The translations under genes and the position numbers were made by a program. From NCBI RefSeq assembly GCF_006345805.1, contig NC_042997.1, positions 54,808,001 to 54,872,000 of the forward strand: a stretch of DNA of 64,000 nt. Reading direction: 5' to 3'. Below are positions 1 through 11,183 of this stretch, in pieces. Position 1 is the stretch's first letter, and every line of letters starts with the position of its first letter. Under the pieces are notes generated by a model, which saw only the letters and a list, made by a program, of their open reading frames with translations, did not search any database and had not been told where the DNA came from. The DNA is from Octopus sinensis. Taxonomy: Eukaryota.

Positions 1-289
1 CTTGGTTATTTCATTGAAAATACTAGATGCCTTCTAAGTTGTAGGTCTCTATCCCCTGATTTTCATCATGCACACATTACAAAAGACATGAACATGTCAG
101 CATTCATTTTCTTTCCTTTGTAATTCTATAGTCTTATGTCATATACAGTATTTTTAATGACATGCCTGATTTTTTTTTCTTTCACCAAACTGTTAGCTTT
201 GATTTTTGTATTATAAGTAAATTTTTTGATGTTCTTTTGTTATCGCAAAATTTTTATTTAATGCCATAAAAAACACATTTTGCTTACAG

Positions 290-430
290 TTACTTGAACG
301 TAACCCCATCACTCGGTTAGGGATGCCTGGCTGCCCACAAGGTGAAATCCGGAACCATCCATTCTTCAAACCTATTGATTGGGAGAAATTGGAGAGACGA
401 GAAATAGAACCTCCTTTTAAGCCACGAGTG
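290..430 (+). CDS. PRKCD: Protein kinase C, novel type (delta/theta-like), penultimate coding exon
   Basis: Acceptor ttacag| at 289, donor |gtaatt at 431, phase 0/0. Translates LLERNPITRLGMPGCPQGEIRNHPFFKPIDWEKLERREIEPPFKPRV, the end of an AGC kinase domain plus the PxxP tail. The LGMPxCPxG insert resembles invertebrate nPKC-delta (TPA-1-like). Upstream exons lie outside the window. Confidence 0.85.
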
Positions 431-1049
431 GTAATTATTAATGAAATATTTTATAACACCATTGTAATGAATATATTTCAGGATAGTTTTTTTATTCTCT
501 TTCATTAAAATCTATTTTACTTCTATTTTTCATGCTCACATCTGTGAGCTGGTGTGGACATTTGCATGTTAGTGGAGCATTTTTGTAGATGAATGCTCTT
601 CTTACTGTAAGAATATAACTATTGTCAATGAAAACAGACTGATATATGCAGAATTAAGTCTTATCCCAATGGCACAACAATAGTTGTGGATTTTAATCAA
701 TTTGTTATGTAACCAGTGGTCCAGCACCTTATCTGCATCATGTCTCCAATATAACAAACATAAAATGGATGATACTTAATGCCCACACACAATTGAAAAT
801 ATCTACAATACATCCATACATATCCTATGTATCCTGTTAGACTTCTTTAAATAAGGGTGCATAGTTTTCTTCTTTTTTTTTAAATTTTATTTTGTTTTTG
901 ATCCCATTTATGATCATGAAATTTTTTAATAATGTCTTCAATGTTGAACCTTGCAAATTTGTGCGTAAAATTTCATTGAACATTATGAATATCGAGATTT
1001 CTTCTGTATATTAAAATTACATTATTTTTTTTTTTTCTCATTTCTGTAG

Positions 1050-1181
1050 AAATCTGATTCTGATTCTACCAATTTTGACAAAGAATTCACTTCGGATGTG
1101 GCTAAATTGACACCACCAGACAAGGAATTGTGTAAAACAATAGATCAAAAGATGTTCCAGAATTTCAGTTTTACTGCTTAA
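1050..1181 (+). CDS. PRKCD: Protein kinase C, last coding exon (turn and hydrophobic motifs)
   Basis: Poly-T tract plus tgtag| acceptor, in phase with the previous exon. Translates KSDSDSTNFDKEFTSDVAKLTPPDKELCKTIDQKMFQNFSFTA*, containing NFDxEF, turn motif LTPPD and hydrophobic motif FQNFSF. Confidence 0.9.
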   Translation, partial: KSDSDSTNFDKEFTSDVAKLTPPDKELCKTIDQKMFQNFSFTA

Positions 1182-4100
1182 AAACATTGCTATCCTCTAA
1201 ACCAATGTCTTTATTTTCAATTTTTTTAAATAGTTTTCTCAAGGAGCATCCCTCTTAATAAACATCAAAGTGTTTACCTTTTTGTATCCCAATCTCTGTG
1301 CTAGCCTCAAATTTATCCTCAACTCAACCATTCCTCTTAATTAATTAACACAATAATATTTTGACCTTGAAGAAGTAAAGTGACAAAGGTTTGGGTGATA
1401 TGAAGCAATAAACAATTTTGATTTGTCTTCACAATACATACACAAATATTCTTGATTCAATTTAGTTTTTCAGCTTCTTCGGGAAAACCCCCCCCACAAA
1501 AAATGAACAAACCCTCTCTTGATGTGACAGAGAGAATCTTTGGTATCTTATTTAATACTATTAACACATTTCATGTCTCAGATTACTTTTTCAATGTTGA
1601 TGCTCGTGAATTGCAGTATTTGTAATGTTCATCAATATCACCACAATGCTTTTTATATGTCATCACTTCTTTAAAAAAAAGAAAAGAAAAAAATAAATTT
1701 TAAAACTTGTTTAAGAAGATGATGTTAAAATGATGATTAAAAATCATTGTTCTCTGCATGAAGTGATTTCAAATATAGCTGATGGAATTTCTCATCAACT
1801 TTTACAATGTCATTTTCTCCATATTGGAGTATCCCCAAAAAAAAAGAAAAGAAAAAAAAGCATTGTGCCCATTCTTTAACTGTCTTCATTTTGTAATCTG
1901 ATTATTTTCACTGTTTAAAGAAATTCAGCTGTGATTTTTTTTTTCCCCCCACCCCAAATTAAATTTTTAAAAAATGAAACCGTATTCATTAACATCCTCT
2001 TTATAAATTGTCTGTTGCCTTAGTTCAGTTTCTTTGTATGTCCCTCAATTTTAATCAATAACAGTTATACATGCTTTACTCAGTGAAACACAAAATGGTA
2101 TGTTTTATTCAGCTATCAATATGGGGGATATTTTGTTCTCTGCCCCCGCCGCTCTCTCTCTCCCTCTTTGTTTTTGTTTTTCTTTTTTTTTAAAAGCTTT
2201 TGTATCCAATGTGGAAGGGACAAATTGGTTTTATTTGTTTTTCTTGGATTCAACTCACCTTTTAAACTTGAAAGGAAGTCAGTATGTGTTAGCTTGTGAC
2301 TACTGCAATTGTCAGCCACCTGGCCTGCAATACAATATGTTTGCCTCTTGTTGCTTACGACTATTCCCTCTGTGTGCTTAGCATTGCTCTTATTAAACCT
2401 GTGTAACCCCCTTTTTTTTTTTCACCCCTTTGTTTTAAAGTAACTTGTATATAATGCATACTCCTGCACATCACTCTAATTTTAAATTAGTGGTGAGGAG
2501 ATCTAATATCGATATTAAACTACAAAAAGTGAAAGAAGGAACTTTTTAAGTCAACAATATCATATTAAAAAATAAAAAAAGATTGCTTTTCTTTTCAAGC
2601 CTTAATTTTCACAATAATTCTATGTGTTCTCTTTTATTTTGTTTATCTTGGGTTGTTACTGCCTTCTATTTGTTGGTTTGCAGACAATCACCTTTTCATG
2701 GTTTGCAAAAGAAATGTATATGACTGGATATGCATGTATGTGTGAATGAAACTCTCATAAGCCCCATCCCAGCCCAATCTCCATTTGAAATATGTACAGA
2801 CACATTCATATTTAGTTTGCTTGTCCATTTTTATGTCAGCATACCATCCACAACTATTGGCCATTTATCTGTGCCTTGATCTGTCAAACCATATTATTAT
2901 CACCACCTGTCTTATTATTTTCTTCCCAAATAAATTGGAGCTATTTCATGTCCCCTTTGGAATATTATTTGAAAAAAAAATGTGAAATTAGTTTTGAGAT
3001 CCTATATTTGTGCTGTGGGAGGTGAAAAAAAAATGAAAAAAAAAATGTTATGTTGGTTGCAAGGGAATGTTAATATAAAATTTGTGCATTCAAATATATT
3101 GTTCAGAATTGGTGTTTTTGAAGCTCTTACACAATTTCAATAAATTATATCTTCAATTAAAACCAACTTTTCACATGGACATACATACATCTGTGAAAAG
3201 AATGCACTAAAGAATAAAAGCTTCAACTCCAATTTTGACGTAAAAACACTGTTCCTTATAAAAACAGTACTGAATTTTCAGCTGGTAACTTTAATATTCA
3301 ATAATGTCTCATCAATATTTTGCTTGCCATCAACAACCACTGCTGCTGCCAACAACAAATGCTGACAGGTACTGTAAAAATCAGAATATTATTTGCACAA
3401 ACTTTTAAGTTTCACTATTTCACGCTAACTGGTGCCATACGTTCTATGGTATCATTATTTTATGAATAAGTGAGGGAACAAGATATCACACTTCGCTTGC
3501 ACCCAGTGGTCAATATTGTCCTCATAAATTGTTTCCTTAAAATTTAGCTATTCTACTGAAAATAGAACAAAAGTGTGCATGCATGCACCACATGCCTAAC
3601 ACACACATACATACTTATGCACTTCTTGTGTGATTCTGGAAAGGCATGAAATGTTTTTTCAATTTTACACCCCAGTACATCATAGAGAATATTAAACTTG
3701 AGTGAGCAGTATTTTACATATGCCTTCATCTACCAAACTACATATTGCAACTAGAAATATTCAACTATAATAAGTTGAAATAGGGTGTAGTGAAATAATG
3801 TGACTTCTGTTTATCATTGCTGATATTTAAGGACCGAATATTATGTTAGATTTTCTAGACTGGCAATATTTTTCGTTTTTCTACAATTATTTTTTAAACT
3901 TTTGTCCTGTGCATTCATTAAGAAGCAGATAGATACATAGCAGCTTCTAGTAAAAGAAGACAAAATGGTTCTGATAATTTATATATTTCCAAAACGGTTT
4001 AGCAAAATTAATTTGACTTGAAATGTATTGATTCTTTAAATCTTTTACTTTAATGGATGCAGGGGGAAGATTTACCTATAATTTTTTTTTCTTTTTTTAA

Positions 4101-6200
4101 GCAGGGGAAAAAACTTTGCTTGGTGAATATCTAAAATTGTCTTCCAGTGTGTTCCTGGTTAAGAAAAGGGGACTTTGTTTGATATGTATCAAAACTGCTG
4201 ATGTATTTTATGTTTAGGAATGTTTCGTTTCTATCTTTTTAACAAAACTATATATATATATACATATATTTGCATATATATATACATATATATATATTGG
4301 TATCAATGGTTTAAAAATTGATTTGAAGATTTTTATACAATTTTCTTCTTTTCTGTTTTAGTTTGCGGTGTCTTATTCAACCAACAATTTTCAAATTTGT
4401 TGGACAATCTTTTTCCCTTTTTTCTTTTTAAAGAAAATTTTTATAACGTTAACATTTTGAAAAGAATTTTCAAAACTGATTCTTTTTTTTACTTCCTTAG
4501 GTTCCCCAAACATGATATGGTATATCCCTAGGTTCTATATAACGCTAAAAATGCACAAACTTTTGAGACTTATTCCTTCATTAGTTAGGTTTTTTTTTTT
4601 TGAAGACAGATCTGTTCATTCACTGTTCCAGTATCATGGAGACAAAATTTCTATTCTATTCTCACTGTCCTAGTACATTTAAGATGGATCTTTTCTTGTT
4701 CCCTCAATATATATGACTTTAAGATATGTTGTATTCTTAATGTCTTGGTTCATTTGTGACACTTATTTGAAAGTGCATTAAAAAATGGATCGATTGGTAC
4801 CATAATTCCTCACATCTGCTATTCTCTAAGATAGCTGTTTTGCTGAACTGTTGTTACTGTCATATGTTTAAGACGAACCTGTTTCTTTCATTCAGTGTAC
4901 AATGGATTTTGAGATAATTTACTACTGCAGTCTCACTATCTCAATTTGTTTGATACTGAACCCTATTAATATTGTACTTTTAGTGCTCCCAGTTTTATTG
5001 ACAGTCCAATTGTTAATACCTGCAGTTTATCTGAGGCACTTAATCCATTTCCCTGTCTCAATGTATTTAGAACTGTACTTAATCTAATATCTTAACATAC
5101 TTGATGCAGTATATATTATTAATCAATGCCACAGTATTTAAGAGAGCTTGTTTTATTTTTAACCATTATTAAAATGATACTTACCTAAACAGATATATTT
5201 TATTGTGCCAGCTCTACTCTAAAACACTTGAGTCAGTCCTGTATTCTGTCATCAATGACTTAGTGTAGTCAAGATACTGAATATCGTACTTTAAACGCCC
5301 CAATACATTTAACCTATAGCTATTGTTATAGGCCCTATAGCTTTATGTTTTAAAAATCAATTGTTCTTACATCCCTAATAATGATTTATTTGGTACAGGT
5401 TTTTGTCCCAAGGCATTAAAAACAATGTTTTTTTGTGTTTTCAATGTCTTAAGCATTTATGATAAACCTTTTTCTATTTTCCAATGCTCTAGCCCTATTT
5501 ATTGCTCTTGTTTTATTATATTGTCAATGGCCCACCCACAGTCTATGGAGCAAAGTGTTTATTGACCCTGCAATGTCCGTATTTTTGAAATGGTCCTGGT
5601 GTTTCAATAAACCTATGGAATGTTTATGCTTTTGCGCCCTCAATCCCTCTCTGTGTTGATGACAATATATTAAAGTTTTTGAATTGCATGATGGATAAAA
5701 TCATAGTGATCAGTATATAAATTCAAGAAAAAAAAACTTCAATGAAATTTTGTGTGGACATAAGTGTGTTTTTTAAAAATACTTTTTGGTCAAGGTTTTT
5801 TTATATAAGGAAGAAAATCTAAACTTGCAAACTTCATGTTCAAGTATTGTTTACTGTAAATATATATTCTGTAAATCCTTTTGATAGACAGTAAAATTCT
5901 TACATCAATTTTGAATTCAACATGCCCTTCAGATATTTATAAATGTAGCATATGAATAAGGGTACAAATTGCCTTGATCAGCTGAAAGATAATCCTGCAA
6001 ACCAAAATTGTATGGATGATATCAAAATATACTGATCCAAAGAAGGCAAGCATGGATCTACAAAATGTACAGTTACAAGTTATGGCAGTCTTGAATAAAT
6101 GTAACTTCTGATTCAGATAAACAGGTAAAAGTGATTGCATATTATATTTGGTAAACTTTAAAAAAATATTTTTGTATGTTATAATAATTAAGAAATAAAG
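1182..6200 (+). other. Candidate long 3' UTR of the PKC gene
   Basis: About 5 kb of T-tract-rich sequence with no recognisable transposon, unlike the rest of the window. AATAAA at 3139, 3213 and 6194. The true end is unknown. Confidence 0.35.
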
Positions 6201-8186
6201 TACAAAGCAAGTAAACTGTAGTTGAAATAACTTGTAAAAGATTTTCCTCTAATCTTTTAATGTTACCATAGTTTAAAATTACAACATATTACAACATATA
6301 TATAATTTTCTTCAAATTTTATAGAAATTCAAAGCATGTAAAATGATTTAGCTTCTACTGACTATTACATATAGCAACTATTTTCAGATATAGATGTACT
6401 GAACTTTCACTATTACAAGTTACTCTAATACCTCTCTCTCTCTCTTTCTCTCTCTCCCCCTTTCTCAGTTTTTGTTTCTGAAATTAAACCATGTATTCTT
6501 TTGTCTGATAACTAATACTTAAAGGGATTATTTTTTTTCACTAATTAAATTAGAATATTTGACCATTTTTGTGGCAAAGTATGTTTTGATTTCATTCAAA
6601 AATATATACATTTAATATATATAGTTTCATACAAAGTTTATTTAAAATTAATTTTCATCTTTTAAGACTTCTATGAGGTTTTAATTCTCCCTCTCTCCTC
6701 CCACCTCAGTACGCAAATAAATTTCAACATTGATATACATCTTATAAAAAGGATGCAAATGGCTAAACCTGTAAAAATGAAGTAATATTTTAAAAATATA
6801 GACCTATTGTTCATTTTTTTTTTTTTGTTTAAGTTCTTTTAGTTATTTTCCTGAAAACTAAGATTTTACATTACACACACACACACATACTCACACACGT
6901 ATATAATGTATATATCAGTATGTATAAAATGATGTAACTTACCTTTTCCTTTTTTTAGCTGACCATCAAGACCAGATTGTATTTGTAAAAACAAATTTGT
7001 CCACTCCTGATGACCTGTATTCCCATCATGCATCACTATTCTAAAAGATTTAATCTCTAATGCATACTTTCCCTTCACTTCTTTCCTTATCATATTCCAT
7101 TTGTCAGCCACAATTCCATCAAAATGTTTATGCCACACTTTAAGTTTCTGAACTTCTCCCATTCACTTCACACCACCACAAGCCCTGTCATTGCCACAGC
7201 TATATCCACAAGCAGAAGACACTTGGACATCTTTCAGGGAATATGTCGGGTATTTCAAAATTCTAACAACTTTTATATATAAAAAAATAAAAAATTGAAA
7301 TAAAAAGAAATGTCAATTTTTTTTAATTGTAATAAATACTTGAAAAAATTTACCAAATGTTATTTTTCACTGCTTTATAAATACGTTATATTTGGTTTAA
7401 AATGTGTTTCACTGATATGAGTAAATTTGAAATCTCACACTTGTTAGAGAGTTGAGAAATTTATGCAGAAAACTAGAGTAATACGTCTTGACTTCAGGGT
7501 AAAGCTATAATAATACATATCAACTTCAAGGAAAAGTTGGTCCTGAACTTCATCGCGTTCATGGCCAAGATACTTTAACTCTCGCTGACTCAATTACACA
7601 TAGATGTAAATATGTACTCTGAGATCAGTACACATTACCCCGTTGACAGTGGGAACACAGTATAATTAACGAATGTTCGCTAGCATGCTGTAAATTAGTT
7701 TATGTGAGCCTCTGCATCATGCAGTAGGAAACATCTCTAATACATAACTCCAATGTCTTGGACTGACATCAGTATTTACACTGTCATTCTGGTCAGCCAG
7801 CATTTGGCAGCTGTTTTCTAGGACAGGAGACCCCACCTGCCTCCCAACCAATGAGTCGTGGATCATTTATACTAGGTTGCACAAAGAAGAATAAATTTTT
7901 ATATCTTATTTCCATTTTATTGACTATCACAGTCTGCAGTATTTCTGCATAATATATAATTTAATTATTACGTATGTAAAGGATATTTACTAATTAAATT
8001 ATATATTATGCACGTTTTTGTTTTTTGTTATGTGCATGATGCTTCGATCAGTGGAAAAATTGTCTTGAATGAAAACCAGTCTGTGGTACAAAAAATGATT
8101 GAGGATTGCTAATCTAGAGTATATCGAAGTTACTGTATATTCCAAAAGTTTAAATTGACATGATACATTCCTTATAAACAGAAATA

Positions 8187-8285
8187 TTTTGCTTTTCATC
8201 CTTTCATAGTCGATAGAATAAGTATCAGTTGAGCACTGAGGTCGATGTAATCGACTTGGCCTTGTGACAAAATTTGAAACCAATA
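8187..8285 (+). mobile_element. SINE 3' fragment (same family as 54086-54322)
   Basis: Shares ttttcatcctttc..gtcgata.aataagta.cagttgagcactg.ggtcgatgtaatcgactt with the copy at 54086. Confidence 0.6.
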
Positions 8286-8384
8286 TTACGTGTTCAGCGC
8301 TCCAGGATATGCTGAAGCCATTGAAGAGTTGGTATTAGTTTAACAAGGAATTAATTTTACAAACATGAAATGAAAAGCTTAATG

Positions 8385-8792
8385 GAATCTTTTTGATTTG
8401 AACGGCAGTTTTTTCTAGCGGTGTCATATGAAATTGTCACCCATAATTATGACCCTAGTATCGATCTATTGCATTTCAATCTGTTTTAGGGTTAGGGGTG
8501 GGGGGAAGGATATCTTTTTTTTCTTCAGAAATGTAAATAAACCCAATCTGTTTCTTAAACGAGGGACATATTCATACGGCACAGAATGTTTTCACCTCAA
8601 TAGACGTCATTGATTGGTTGAAATTGCAGAAATTGAAGAAAAAAACAACAACAAATATCTTACAAACTATAGAATTTTCTCAATAAAGCCAAGAGATGTT
8701 TTATTAACACATTCTACCAGTATACGAAGTTTAAAAGTGTTTAGTTACGTGGAAATTATTTTAAAAAACTGCCGTTCAAACCGAAAAGATCC
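8385..8792. mobile_element. MITE with about 28-bp TIRs (GGATCTTTTC...GAACGGCAGTTTT) and 8-bp TSD
   Basis: Left end gaatctttttgatttgaacggcagtttt and right end aaaactgccgttcaaaccgaaaagatcc. Exact flanking duplication gcttaatg at 8377-8384 and 8793-8800. Confidence 0.85.
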
Positions 8793-8886
8793 GCTTAATG
8801 TAACAGACTATATGAAATAATCTAACAATTATGTCAGATGTAGAGGGTATCTAATTTTAATTTAATTTAATTTTTTTTTACTTGAG

Positions 8887-10170
8887 AAGATATTAATTTG
8901 CGGAGCAACTCGATACTTAAGAGAAATTTTGTTTCAAGGGAATTAACTCCACAATGACAAGTACGAGAAATAGCGTTACAACTTAAACATACTGAACAAT
9001 TTGATTGTATCATTATTGAATTCAAAAGGCACGAAAGAACAGTGATTAATGATACCTTCAGATTTTTGTCATGTATATGTATATAATATATATTTCCTAC
9101 AAATTTGTCTCTTGTCAGAACGGATCAGAAAGTAAACAAAACTTCAGTATTATGACAGTTTGAGACAGAAAAAGCAACATGCCCACTGATAGAAAGGCTG
9201 GTAATATGTTGCATAAAAGGTATGCTTACCAGTGATCCTCTTCAATCTGAAATTAATGTCTATTTTCTCCGAAAACAAAACTAGGATCTTTTCCTTTTGA
9301 ACGGCAGTTTTCAACATAATTTCTAGTTAACTAAACACATTTAAACTTCGTATACTGGTAGAATGTGTCAAAATAAAACATTTTTTCTCTTGGCTTTCTT
9401 GAGAAAATTGTAATTTGTAAGTTTAACGTAGTGTAATTTTTCGAATTTTAATCAATCCTTTGCCCTCTATTGAGCTAAAATCATTTGCTGCGTCTAAAAC
9501 TGAGACAACACCCTGTCACTAACCCTAACCCTAAATTTTAGCCTTTCGGTTTGTTTGTTTTCTTAATTGTTAAATTAATTCAACAGTATACGAAGTTTAA
9601 AAGTGTTTATTTAGTTTACTAGAAATTGTGTTGAAAACTGCCGTTCAAAAGGAAAAGATCCCAAAAGTAACTTGTATAGCGTTAGTGAAACCCAGCAAGT
9701 CTTCTGCAACACTTTTTCTGTCTGAGAAACACGAACGTCAATTTTTTAATTGTTCTTCAAGTAAGGGAGACCAATTTTTATTCATAGTGATTTGTAAAAT
9801 ATTTTCTGATTAAAACTAGTTATTTTGGGGTTTGCTCATTAATCAAGGAAGACAACCAAATGTAAGCAATCACTGTCCATGCTGATTTGATTAAATGTCA
9901 AGATGAAGTAGAGAAATTAACAAGCGTTTTATGTGATGCAGGAATGTACCTACTGAACTAACCGGCCAATAGAAAGTTACTTGCTAACTTATATAAGTTC
10001 TATTTTTGGCATATAATTACAAATTTATTTATTACTGCATTTTCTTAGTTTTCATGACTGGAATTTGTGATGCACTGATATCTTATTTGAAACAAATGAA
10101 GAACTTCAGATTTTTAAAAACTATGAGAAAAGTTTCAAATACAACAAACTTGGAAATGAATATTACGTTT
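8887..10170 (+). pseudogene. Possible decayed CARD-caspase-like gene (4 exon-like blocks)
   Basis: Blocks at about 8887-9072, 9119-9219, 9820-9945 and 10049-10170 have GT/AG borders, and the last three are phase-compatible. Block 1 reads ..LRSNSILKRNFVSRELTPQ*QVREIALQLKHTEQFDCIII.. (CARD-like). Blocks 2-4 read ..MLHKSYFGVCSLI..DEVEKLTSVLCDAGIFHDWNL*.. (p20 N-terminus-like). In-frame stops are present and no SHG or QACRG catalytic motif is seen. Confidence 0.3.
9284..9661. mobile_element. Second MITE of the same GGATC-TIR family
   Basis: Perfect TIR ggatcttttccttttgaacggcagttttcaac / gttgaaaactgccgttcaaaaggaaaagatcc. TSD caaaacta / caaaagta (7 of 8 match). Confidence 0.85.
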
Positions 10171-10171
10171 G

Positions 10172-10215
10172 ACTAGCAGTATAACTCGGCCTTGCCCGGG
10201 ATTAAGTTACGATTA
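10172..10215 (+). mobile_element. 5' end fragment of a Helitron-like non-autonomous element
   Basis: actagcagtataactcggccttgcccggg matches the start of the element at 38583. Confidence 0.5.
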
Positions 10216-10282
10216 TTAAGCTAATCAAGTTCTTTATTTCAAACCAAACTAAGTAATATCGACTATCAACAAAACACTTTTT

Positions 10283-10451
10283 GGATCTTTTAACTTTGAC
10301 CGGCAGTAGAAATTATTTTAAAAATCTGCTGGTCAAAGTGAAAAGATCCAAAAGATTTTCTATATGACACATTCTACCAGTATACGAAGTTTCAAAGTGT
10401 TTAGTTAAAGAAAATTAATTAATCGAGCTGCCCATGAAAAGGAAAAGATCC
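10283..10451. mobile_element. Deleted derivatives of the GGATC-TIR MITE family
   Basis: A 67-bp TIR-only hairpin at 10283-10349 is followed by a second right end (gacacattctaccagtatacgaagttt...ggaaaagatcc) ending at 10451. Confidence 0.7.
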
Positions 10452-10479
10452 AAAATGACGCCTAATTTCTAAAAAAAAC

Positions 10480-11183
10480 GGGAAATATATCCAAAATAAA
10501 TGAAATACGCAAAAAATTAGGAAGACTCATACATTTTTAAATATTTTATACTAAAGAATAAAACACGAAAAACGGGCACTCGCGAATATTAAAGTACGCG
10601 TCGGACGAGACAAGGGGCGGTAACTTGCAAATTCTTGATGGTTTTTAATCAGAATTTTTACTGCGTATACTGGTTTGGGTTAGGGTTAGGTGGTGTGCAC
10701 TCGCTTTACCTTTGCCCAATTTATGACGTGATATACAACAGAAATAATTATAAAATAATACAGTAAATATGTTTAAGACGTATGCAAGTTAAGGCACCTC
10801 AAAACAAATTTCTTGTTTTGATAGTAATTCAAATTTTCTGCACCAGTCAATGGCCTTTCCGTTGTTCCCAAATCTCTTCCGAGACGAAATAAGGTTATAG
10901 CATTAAAAATTTCCCGTTCAGGCACAAAATTTTACATAATAGTATATATTAGTTATAGATTAACTTTTAAGAAAAAGATTGCGAAACGGTCTTCTTACAA
11001 TTCGCAGACGATATTGTCGGGCCCCTTATATCATTAATAATATCTGACTGGTAAAAGTAAGTTACCGCCCCTTAACCGCAATGCCCGTTTCCCGTTTTGT
11101 TTTATTTTTTAGTACAAAATATTTAAAAATAGATGAATCTTCCTAATTTTTTGCATACTTCATTTATTTTGGATATATTTCCC
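10480..11183. mobile_element. Fold-back element with about 145-bp TIRs
   Basis: 10480-10627 (gggaaatatatccaaaataaatgaa...aaggggcggtaactt) is the reverse complement of about 11058-11183. No clear TSD. Confidence 0.7.

Noticed and set aside
5937-6140. Hydrophobic 67-aa minus-strand ORF
   Set aside because: Composition is expected from AT-rich sequence. There is no homology, and it lies in the probable PKC 3' UTR.
7639-9805. Minus-strand multi-exon gene model (blocks 9805-9230 with the MITE removed, 7871-7639, then 7262-6943)
   Set aside because: It needs several stops and a frameshift and gives no recognisable domain. The minus donor at 9229 is the mirror of a quasi-palindromic plus donor (gtatgcttac), so the splice evidence is not independent.
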